Origin: Isurus oxyrinchus
Taxonomy: Eukaryota
Direction of reading: 5' to 3'
DNA: 64,000 nt
NCBI GenBank assembly: GCA_026770705.1
Contig: JANJGN010000034.1
Location: 3,162,001 to 3,226,000, forward strand
The notes beneath the pieces are model-generated. The model was given only the letters and a program-made list of their open reading frames with translations, had not been told where the DNA came from and searched no databases. Position numbers and translations under genes: made by a program. This document shows, one piece after another, positions 51,204-62,263 of this stretch. Numbering within the stretch: the first letter of the stretch is position 1; every line of letters begins with the position of its first letter.

Positions 51204-54200
51204 GACGGCGTGGATGCGAAGTGACTGAAGCATTCTGGGAGAAGTCATCACAGCCACTGTGACTCAGGAGGGAATCAAGGAGGACCCACTGTCAAAGAAA
51301 GGAATAGCCCTAAACATTACATTGTTGTAGTGTTTCCATCCTCTCTCCTCTTCAAACCTAAAATAAGTGGAGAGAAAGTAAGGGTCAATGCCTTTAGGAG
51401 TACACCAGACCTGCGAGGGAGACTCTTCTGAAAGTGCATTTTAAAGAAAAAGCAGCTCGTTGCTGTGTACATCCTGCGGGCAGACTCGGAGGGAGGAACA
51501 CTGGAGCAGTTAGTATATATTTAGCTTACCTCGGGGATTCGTAGCCTTGTCTCCAGGGAGCAGACTTGCTGGGAGGAGCACCGGAGCGGTGAATATATAT
51601 TTAGCTTACCTCGGGATTTGAAGGCCTTGCCTCCAGGGAGCGAACTCAGAGGGAGGAGCACTGGAGCGGTGAGTACAAATCTATCTTACCTCAGATATGC
51701 GTGGCCTTGTCTCTAGAGAGCAAACTCAGATGGAGGAGCGGTGACCTTGCCGCACAGAGTTACTGACGGCAAAATTGACAACGTGAGGTCACATGAAAGC
51801 TGTGACCTGATTGGGTGTAAGAAATTTGCACCAAATTTGAAAAAAAAACTACAAAGTTATTTAATAAATTAATTATCTAAATAGAGATGGCTGGGCAAGG
51901 GATGTGCTATAGCTGTATGATTTGGGAGGTGGCAGATCCCATTGCAAGCCACAGTGACCAGATCTGCAACAAGTGTTGGCTGCTGGAGAAACTCTGGCTC
52001 AGAATTGATGGGCTGGAGTCCGATATCCTGATTCTGCGACACACTGGGGAGGGGGAGAGGTACCTGGGTGCTTTGTATCAGGACAAGGTCACATCAAGTT
52101 TAATTAGTACCTCATGTCCGGTCAGTGGTCAGGGTCAGCAGGGTGTGAATGCATTGAGACAGGGAGTGGAATCCTGTGTTCAAAAACAAAGGCACCTCAG
52201 CTCTTTCCCTTGTCCAACAGCTATGAGGTACTTGCCCGCGGTGTGGATGAGGAAAAGGGCTGTATGGAGGATGAGCCATTTGACTACGGCACCATATCAC
52301 AGGAGGCCATTCAAGAGGGGGGACTAAAAAGACAAGTCGTAGACGTAGGGAATTCTATAATTAGGGGAATTGATAGCTTGCTTTTTAAGCAGGATCAAGA
52401 GTCCCGCTTTGTATGTTACCTGCCCAGTGCCAGGGTGAGGGCCATCTCTGGCCAACTTGAAAGGATATTGGAGAGGGAGGGGGAGCATCCAGTTTTTGTA
52501 TTCCACGTCGGGACAAGTAACACAGCTAACACTAGGAAAGAGGACCTGTTTGGGGATTATCAGGAACTAGGAACTAAATTAAATAAGAGAACCTCAAGCG
52601 TTATAATCGCCAGATTAGTACCCGAGCCACGTTGGCTCAGAGACACAAGAATAAGGGAAGTAAACACATGGATAAAGGAAAAAGGGTTTCCATTTCGAGG
52701 GGCTATGGCAACAGCTTTGGAAAAGGTGCAGTCTGTACCATTTGGACTTTCTGCAACTTAACTGATCTGGGTCAAAAGTTCTAGGCAAAGGGAAAATAGG
52801 AAAATTCCAAGAAGTATGACTAATGCGAAACAAAGCCGCAGGTTGGCGTGTGGGAGTTTGGGGTGGGTGGCGGGGGGGGGGGGGAAGTAGTGGGGGGGTG
52901 ATTGGATTCAACTTCATGGAAAAAAAATGAAAAAACTGAAAAGAAAGGAGAGCCCAGGAGAGGCTATTAAAGTCTCAAGAATACAAAACAGGACAGAGTG
53001 TTTGGAAAGGGCTAGGAATATAACTTCAAGCACATCAGATAAAGGGACAAAAGTGAGAAAGGGGACAGAAAATGCAAAACTGAAGGTGTTGTATCTGAAT
53101 GCGCGCATTACATGAAATAAGGTAAATGAGCTTGTGTCGCAGATTGAAATTGGTAGGTATGATGTGGTGGGCATCACAGAGACATGGCTGAAAGGTGATC
53201 CGGACTGGGAGACAAATATCCAAGGATATACATCTTACCAACAAGATATGCAGGTTGACAGAGGGGTGGGGTTCCTTTGTTAGTAAGAAATTAAATTAAA
53301 TCGATAGCAAGAAAAGAAGTAGGATCAGATGATGCAGAATCTGTGTGGGTAGAGATGAGGAATGGCAAAGTTAAAAAAAAAGGTAAAATAAAACATAATG
53401 GGAGTTATGTACAGCCTCTGAACAGTAGTCAGGATTTGGGGCACAAGATACACCAGGAGTTAGAAAAGGTGTTTAAGAAAGGCAAAGTTACAGTAATCAT
53501 GGGGGATTTTATTATGCAGTTAGACTGGGAAAATCAGGTTGGCAGTGGATCCCAAGAAAAGGAATTTGTGGAATTTCTACGAGATGGCTTTTCAGAGCAG
53601 CTTGTGGAAAAAGCTGGCATAAGATGTAAGGGTATTACAGTTGAATAAAAGCAACTACTTAGGCATGAGGAAGGAGCTGGCCAGAATTGACTGGGAGATG
53701 AGCCAAGCAGGAAAGACATGGGAACAGCAAAGGCAGGATTTCCTGGGAGTAATTTGGGAGACACAGCAAAAATTCATCCCGAGGAAGAAGAAGCATACTA
53801 AAGGGAGGAGGAGGCAACCATGGCTGACAAGGAATGTCAGGGAAATTTTTATAACTGAAGAGAAAGCATACAATGCGGTGAAGAGCAGTGGGAAACCAGG
53901 GGATTGGGAAGCCTACAAAGAACAGAGAACAACTAAAAAAATAAATAAGGAAGGAGAAATTTAAATATGAGGATAAACTAGCCAGTAATATAAAAGAAGA
54001 ATGCAAGAGTTTTTTTAGATACATAAAGAGTAAAAGAGAGGCAAAATTCGCCATTGGGCCGCTGGAAAATGATGCTGGAGAAGTAGCAATGGGGAATAAA
54101 GAAATGGCAGAGGAATTGAACAGTTACGTTGCATTAGCCTTCACAGTGGAAGACATGAGTGACATCCCCAAAGTTCAAGAGAGTCGGCAGGCAGAGGTGT

Positions 54201-55810
54201 TTATGTTGGCCATTATCAGGGCTAAGGTGCTAGGAAGTTGAACGATCTGAAGGTGGCTAAATCACTTGGACCAGATGGATTACACCCCAGAGTTCTGAAG
54301 GAGATAGCTGAGGAGATAGTGGAGGCGTTCGTGGCGATCTTTCAGGAATCACTGGAGTCATGGAGAGTCCCAGAGGACTGAAAACTCGCTAATGTAATAT
54401 CCCTGTTTAAGAAGGGAGTCAGGCAAAAGATGATTAGCCTGTCCTCGGTCGTTGGTAAGATTTTAGAGTCTATTATTAAGGATGAGGTTTCAGAATATTT
54501 GGAAGTGCATGGTAAAATCGGGTAAAGTTAGCATAGTTTGAATTAGGGGCTGTCATGCCTGACCAATCTGTTAGAATTCTTTGAGGAGCTAACCAGTAGG
54601 TTAGACAAAGGAGAGCCAATGGATGTAATCTACTTGGACTTCTAGAAGGCCTTTGACAAGGTGCCACACAGGACGTTGCTCAGTAACATAACAGCCCATG
54701 GTGTTAAAGGCAAGGTACGCACATGGATAGAAGATTGGCATTCTTGCAGGAGGCAGAGAGTGGGGATAAGGGGGTCCTTCTCAACATAGCGGACGACGTT
54801 GGGTGGAGTTCTGCAGGGGTTAGTGTTGGGACCACAACTTTTCACTTTATACATTAATCATCTAGATGAAGGAACTGAGCGCATTCTGGCTAAGTTTGCA
54901 GATGCTACAAAGATAGCTGGAGAGGTAGGTAGTATTGAGGACGCAGGAGGCTGCATAAGGATTTGGACAGGTTAGGAGAATGGGTAAAGAAGTGGCAGAT
55001 GGAAGACAATGTGGGGCAGTGTGAGGTCATGCACTTTGGTAGGAAGAATAGTGGCATAGACTATTTTCTAAATGGACAGAGAATTCAGAAGAGCATTAGG
55101 AGTCCAGGTCCAGGGTTTTCATAAGATTAACTTGCAGGTTGAGTCGCTAGTTAAGAAGGCAAATGCAATGTTGGCATTTATTTCGAGAGGACTCGAATAT
55201 AAAAGCAGGAATGTGCTGCTGAGGATTTATAAGGCTCTGGTCAGACCACATTTAGGATATTGTGAGCAATTTTTGGCTCTGTGTTTCAGGAAGGAAGTGC
55301 TGCCCCTGGAGTGGGTCCAGAGGAGGTTCACGAGAATGATCCCAGGAATGAAAGGCTGCACGTGTGAGGAAAGTTTGAGCTCTCTGGAAATGTACTTGAA
55401 GGAGTTTAGAATGATGAGGGGGGATCTGATTGAAACTTACAGAATATTGAAAGGCCTGGATGAAGTGGACTTGGGGAACATTTTCCATTAGTAGAAGAGA
55501 CCAGGACCCGAGGGCACAGCCTCAGAGTAAAGTGAAGACCTTTCGGAACAGAGATGAGGATAAACTTCTTTAGTCAGAGAGTGGTGAATCTATGGAATTC
55601 ATTGCCACAGAAGCCTGCGGAGGCCAGGTCCTTGAGTATATTTAATACCGAGATAGATAGCTTCTTGATTTGTAAGGGGATCAACCACTATGGGTGACGG
55701 CGGGAAAATGTGGTTGAGAAACTTATCAGCCATGATGAATGGCGTAGAAGACTCGACGGGCCGAATGGCCTAATTTCTGCTCCTATGTCTTATACTCTTA
55801 TGGCCTTATG
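51204..55810 (+). mobile_element. Near full-length inactive CR1 LINE, copy B (same insertion duplicated with the block)
   Basis: Same flanks as copy A; ORF1 MAGQGMCYSCMIWEV..QICNKCWLLEKL; ORF2 remnants; ~135-bp deletion relative to A near 53608. Confidence 0.95.
51476..51745 (+). repeat. ~80-bp tandem repeat in the CR1 5'UTR (3 full units plus a partial)
   Basis: Units start at ~51476, 51556, 51636 and 51716. Confidence 0.85.
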
Positions 55811-56703
55811 TAAAAATTCAGCATTAAGAAGGTCCACTAATCTAATCCTAGGAATCATAACATTATATTTAACTAGAAAGAAAAATATGCCGTTGTGGAC
55901 AATCAGTGTGTGGTTCGTTACCTCTCAAGTTTTGCATTGTTAAGCTGAAGCTTGCCATCCCCCAAAGCTTTAACCTGTGTCCGAGTGTTACATCCGAGTT
56001 CTAAAATGGTTACGCAATCCGCCGTTTTCCTCATGATGAGTGTGGAAAACCAGCCATTGCTCCAATTGTAAAGGTGTCAAGTTCATACAGGATTATGTCG
56101 CTATTTCCTTTGCCTTCGAGAAACGCACAATTAAGATGAGGAACTGCCTCTCCCTCAGTACATTTCCAGATGCGGACCATTGAACCTCTATGGCTACGGT
56201 CAGGTCCAATTTCATAAAGCAAAAAGAAATGATTCACTTTTTAATAAGGAGGCATTCGTTCCATAAGGTGTGCCTCACTCTTAAGCTGATCTTGGACATT
56301 CAAAAATGCAACTTCACTAGCTTGAATAAGTTATTTCTACATTTCTAAATTATCTCCATCTAAAAAAACTGCTTATTCTGTTCACATGATTTGGTGATAT
56401 CTGCATCAGTGTTGGATACAGCATTGAGCCACTTAACAGGAAGAAATGCACGATTTCAAGAGGAAGACACACCAGCTCTTTGAGAGGTCGCAGGTTTGCT
56501 TAATAAGCGTCAACCATGCTAGAGATAATGTGGATCAATATTTCACATAAACTAGCAGTAAGCAAAACTCTGTCTCAGGGATCCTCTATATCCTAAACGT
56601 GGAAAAAAGTTACGATTTCCCTTTTACACATTTACAGTAATAATAATGGAAATGAATGGAACCACTTCTACACCTGCAAATATAATGACTGCTCGATATT
56701 TAC

Positions 56704-56730
56704 CTTTTTCCCTGTTACTCAGTCTTTGTT
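56704..56730 (-). CDS. Micro-exon B4, 27 nt, (E)QRLSNREK
   Basis: atcatcacag|AACAAAGACTGAGTAACAGGGAAAAAG|gtaaaa; identical to A4. Confidence 0.85.
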
Positions 56731-57422
56731 CTGTGATGATAAAGCCAGATAAAATGAGAAATATTGGAGGGCAAATCCGTTTTTGAGAAAGTTGAAACGT
56801 GTAATGTACAAATGTTAATAATGTAGAAATAGATCATCCCTGGGAGACCAGAATGTGCACTTTCTGCAGTCTGATATAATCCAACTTTGGTTTTCTCTCC
56901 CACTGAACTCTACAGGGCTGAATGTAAATGGCACCGTAGAGCAGTCACCATTGCCGATCTTTAGGCATCAGGTTAATTAGTTCTGCCCTTAACCATGTCT
57001 GGTATCAATATGAACCTTATCTATCGCCAACATGTTTGCCTATTAACTGCGCTTTGTAATTGCTTTTCCAAATGTTTGCTGCAACGCAAACCATTCAACA
57101 GTGTGCAAGGAATCGGAAACGTGCCACAGACGCAACGGCAGCTGGAATGTGCTTGGAATTCTGCAATTGCCAGTTGTGCTCACATCAAGGGAAGGAACAG
57201 CGTGCTCCATTATCTTCTCTAAGGGAAATTTGAGCAATCAACTAAAGGTTTTGGCTGTATTGCAGTATCGCCAGGAAACGTTCCCATGTGTACAATTGAC
57301 TTGCCTTAGTTTATTCATTGGTAATGAGTAACCCGCATCATAAACAGGCGGAGGTAAGGCAGATGTAACCAAATAGTAGACGTCAATTGGAATCGCATAA
57401 CAAACTTTTTCTTCCCTCATAC

Positions 57423-57458
57423 CTGAACGTTCCAGAGCACCCTTTACATTTTCCAGTT
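57423..57458 (-). CDS. Micro-exon B3, 36 nt, (E)LENVKGALERS
   Basis: tgctttcag|AACTGGAAAATGTAAAGGGTGCTCTGGAACGTTCAG|gtatga; 2 synonymous changes vs A3. Confidence 0.85.
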
Positions 57459-60400
57459 CTGAAAGCAGGCACAAAACCAAATACTTTATTCCAGGAACAT
57501 AATAACATCAGGTGCAATTATCTAAAACAAAGGATGCATTTGAAAAATATTTATTCAAGAATGTAATGAATACAAATGCGCGATATAGCCGATTGAATGT
57601 GCTTTAAGTTCAGTCACTTGTAATTATGAAACACAGTATCCAATTTAACACAGATAGTTCATCCCAGGTCATTAAAAAAAAACAGCTGTTTTTTTCCCCC
57701 TCATGTTGCAGTCCCTTCTTTTGTCAATATCCGTAAATCTGTTTCAGCTGGTTCCTGACTCTACCGACAATAGTAGCAACCTTTCATAATTACTCTTTCT
57801 AACAACTTTCCAGCTTTGCGCAGCTGTATCAAGTCTCCACTTAATAATCTCTTGTCCAATGGGAACAGCAGCAGATTCATTAGTCGACTCAGGTAAATTA
57901 AGTTCATCATCCCTGATCATTAGGTATGGACCTTTGTTGCACATTACCTAATGCCTCCTCATCCTTCCTATGGTGAAGGCTTCCCATGACTGAGCACAAT
58001 ATTGTCTTTGAGCCGAAAAAGTGTCTTATAGATGCTTTCACTTAATTTGTGCTCCTTGCCCATCTTTATAAACTCCGTAATCACAGATGCTTTATTCATG
58101 TATTTACCCCACACCCTCCACCCCCATGCATAACTTCAGCCATTTGTGCAGATAACTATGTCCCTCTGTTCCTGTGCCACCCTTCGAATTGTACCCGTTA
58201 TTATACATAGTTTCCCTCTTTATTCTGAACAATTGAATCACTTCAGGTTTCCTTGCATTAAATGTAATCGTCCACTATTCCACAAATTCCACCAGCCTAT
58301 CTATACCCCTTTGAAGTTCTCGTTATCGCCATCACCCTTTACTATATTTAGCAGTACCCTGCATACCCAAAAACTGTTAATTAATGTAAAGATGTCAGAG
58401 AAAATATTGTCGCTGACTAAGACGCCTGTTGAACTCCAGTATATTCCTTATCTACTTAGCTAAAAACTATCCTTCACCACTGCTCTCTTCTTTTTGCTAC
58501 TCAGTAAGATTTACATCTGCGCTGCTACTGCCCCTTTATTCATTGCAATATAATTTGCTTAATAAGCCTATTTTTGGCACTTTGTTAAATACTTTTTTCA
58601 AGTCCATGATCACTACTGCAACCATGTTAGAATCATTGACGTTCTTTTGTCTCATCAAAATACTCAAACAATTTATTTGAACATGATTTAGTTAAACAAC
58701 AAAATAGGTGCTGTCCTTTCTGAAAATTTTCCAGTGATCATTAATTTCTTTCGCAATTATCATTCCTGAAAACGTTCCCTTCACTGTGGTTGAAAAAGCT
58801 GGCTTGCACGTAGTGATACAATCCTTACAGCATTCCAACAAGTGCTTAAAATATGCAGTTTCCCAATTATCTGCACTGCCTTTGTAGCTAATCAGGTTTG
58901 ACAGTTGGTGGCTGGCACCTCTACACTTGCCCATCTTGCGTCCCTCGCCATCAGTGGATGCATAAGCTGTCCCTAAGACTCAGCAACTTTAAATATAGTC
59001 TAACTCTCAACTACCTTCTGTTTGTCATTTTTTTTTTGCATCTAGTATCTCAATAACCCCAAACTCCACTCTGCATCACATAAGGTCTCATGGAACCTGT
59101 TGCAACTGCACATAATTTGGGACTTGGAATGATCTTCTACTATCATTTAGGAATAAACAAGCAGTTCCTGTTATAGAACTACCATGCATAATCACAATTT
59201 TGCATTGCCATGTTTTGGCTTTTAACAGGGAACATTGCTATAATGTTTGTCGTTAATGTTGTTAAATACCATGAATAGAGCAAACAGAAAATACTTTTGC
59301 GAATAAACAGCTTAAGTGAAAGTGGAATATAACAAACAAGCTACTACTTGTGTACACAATTCATTTCTTTAACTATCACTGTGTTAAACTCTTATATTTC
59401 CTTGAAGGTAGAAGAATAAGCGGGCACATTTGGCCAAAGTTTTCATGATGAGGTAGGTAAGGAAAACGTTTTCCTGCAGTTGCGATTACAAGTTTCCAAC
59501 AGCTGAAAATAATTATATGAAATTCGGCTGTAAGTCATTCATGATGGGAGGTGGTGATGTAGTATTAATGTCCTTCCAGTATTCCATGGATTCAGGCTAA
59601 GGCTTTGGGGGGCATATGTTCAAATCCCACCATGATTGCTAGTGGAATGTGCATTCAATTAATTAACTCGAAGCACGAGTAGGCCATTCAGCCCGGGGAG
59701 CCTGTTCCCTCATTCAAAAATTTCATGGCTCATCATACACTTCTATATATTTTTCTCACACTACCCCGAGATACCTTTATGACATTTGTATTTAGGAACC
59801 TCTGAATCTCTACTAAAAACAAGCATACTCGATGATGTTGATTGTACGGTCTGCTGGGGTGCAAGACTGCAAAAACCTACATCACTCTCAGTGAGAAAAA
59901 CAATCTGATCTAGGTCCAAATGCGGTGAACATTCGTTGCACTCCCTATTTGGCAGTGCTATAATTCCGGAGTATAAGGGGAACACACCTACTCACAATAG
60001 TCCAGCTGTGGCCTAATGTTCTGGAATCTTTAATTGAAAGCTAGTATCAATAATGGTGACCACGATGCTGTCATCGATTTTTGTAAAATACCATCCTGTT
60101 CACGAATGTGATGTAGGGAAGGAAAATCTTCCGCCCTCACATGGTCTGGCCTAAGTGTTATTCCAAACTCACAGCAAATGGTAGTTGGTTATCATTGATA
60201 TTTGTTTACAAAGTAAGACCACAACAATATGGTTAACTCCTCACTGTCCTCTGAAATTGCCGAGAAATCTACTCAGTTCAATTGCAATTAGGGTAGTGCG
60301 ACCAATGTTAGCCCTGCCAGTGATGCCCACAATACATCAAAGAATGATGACGGTTATGATGGTGATGGTGATGATGATGATAATTACGATGGTGGCGATA

Positions 60401-61547
60401 ATAATACTAATAATAGTATTATTCTTATTAATAATAATAATAACAATATATCTCCTTGAATGGCTGAACATTCTTGAGGAGTAAAATGACTGTCCATTGT
60501 TCCTATGTGCCAATGTTTCTATGAGCTCAGTGCAGTAACATCGGAATCGCCATAACTATCAAGCTTACATTCGAGGGGAAAGAAAAAGTGCAGAGCTCAA
60601 TGTTTGTGTGGATGGTTATTTGTCAACTGGCAACGTGCGAAAATGAGCATCATCCAAAATCATTAATTGATGTATTTTAAAATTGTTCTGGAATCTATCC
60701 GCTTCCCAAAAACGAGAGTTTATAGTGCCTGCACTCGACACCACCCCAAAAAATGTACTGGCATTGTGGATTGGAATAAATTAATCAAGTTCACGTCTTA
60801 GTTTTTTCTTTCCATATGCCCAATGACGAAACCACCGGTAGAATTAAGTACTGTCTCTCCTTCAGGACATTCCCTGGTGCGGTCCATTCGTAGGCATCCT
60901 GTTTCTTTCAAGTGTCAATTCATAAAGCAGGATATAACTCTCAAATGAGAGGGTATCATTGGACGCTCCGTCAGACTATCAGAATGTTGAGTTGGTTTTA
61001 AAAGTCCCGAAATTTTCTTTACCACTGGTGGCAAAGCCCCTGCCTCCTGCTCCACTTTTCATTATTCCACCTGTATGATTTGCTACATCTGCATTGATGC
61101 ACATTGGTGCCAGGTTCCCATTAATTCACACATCCTTGTAAATACATCATATACACTTCATCTGATCTGCATAAATACACATAGGAACCCTATTCTAATA
61201 TCACTTTGGGAGCCTAGTAGTCACAAAGAATACAGGAGGACAACAAGAATGCATTTAATCATCTGAAAGGAAAATAAGGATGTGTTATAAACGCCGAGCT
61301 TGTGAGCAATGTCAATGACGTTATTTCTTAGACTGTGGCATGTGGAGTTAGCAGTGCCGTATGCAAAGTCAATTAGAAGTATTTCCGTAAAATGAGTGAG
61401 ATACATAAATTTACCTCTCTACCCATTAAACTGGAAGATGGAATGTGAAAGTTAAGATTTTTTTATTAACTTGTACAAACTTAACAATTGAGAATAATTG
61501 AAACCAACTGTACAATGACAAAAATAATATTGGTTTGATGTCCATAC

Positions 61548-61574
61548 CTTTTTCCTTGCTAGCCAGTTTTTTTT
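61548..61574 (-). CDS. Micro-exon B2, 27 nt, (E)KKLASKEK
   Basis: taatcacag|AAAAAAAACTGGCTAGCAAGGAAAAAG|gtatgg; identical to A2. Confidence 0.85.
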
Positions 61575-62227
61575 CTGTGATTATAAGTCCAGAGATAAAA
61601 TGTGGTGAAGTGTTGTAGGATACTTCATATATGTTAGGCTATGCAGTTATAGTTAGAAAGAATGAATAGGATGTAAATGAGTCCTGTTAGAGTGTTTCTT
61701 TAGGAAATTAATATCAACCATGATGTAACCTATAGGTCGATAAAATCCAGAGTTCAAAAGGAGCATGGTTGCTCTCATTGGGTACGGTCTAGTACAACAA
61801 GATCCTGGTGCACTCTTATTTATGCATCGATCCATCGAGATGTGTCAAAGCAGTTGTCAGTGGTTTAGAAAGCTATACTGTTGCAAGCACAAAAACTGTT
61901 TGGCATAAATGCCGGTACTGACAGTTCCACAAAAGAATGAAGGCTGTGTGTCACACAATTCTTAAACGAACAGGCACCAGGCGGGTTAAAATTGAACATG
62001 CTACAATTACTCATATTGGAGAGAGACAAGATCATATGTTCAATGATATATCAGTATATTCCTGGCTTTTCGTTGTTTGCAGCAAATGTGATATGCAATC
62101 AATTGAGACATCAGTAGCATTGCCTATATTTCAGAATATTTGGAAAACAAGCATTTGACGCAGAACAGATAGACATTAGCCAAAAAAAGCACTAAAGTAC
62201 AATGAAAGACAGGCCTGTTCCACTCAC

Positions 62228-62263
62228 CGGCAATCTCCAAAGCAGCTTTTAGCTCATCTAAAC
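62228..62263 (-). CDS. Micro-exon B1, 36 nt, (G)LDELKAALEIA
   Basis: ttctcttag|GTTTAGATGAGCTAAAAGCTGCTTTGGAGATTGCCG|gtgagt; differs from A1 by 2 synonymous changes. Confidence 0.85.

Larger units (their letters stand above)
1379..62263 (-). other. Internal part of a large micro-exon gene encoding a modular leucine-zipper/coiled-coil protein (at least 18 exons of 27/36 nt, all phase 1-1); identity unknown
   Basis: Each exon has a polypyrimidine tract plus AG and a GT donor. Lengths are multiples of 3, there are no stops, and the heptad register continues across junctions. Exons are better conserved between the two duplicate blocks than the introns. Confidence 0.8.

Noticed and set aside
1379-62263. 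Naming the gene as butyrophilin/BG, CD23/CD209, triadin or MYPT1
   Set aside because: Only architectural or short-motif resemblance; no diagnostic domain exons in the window.
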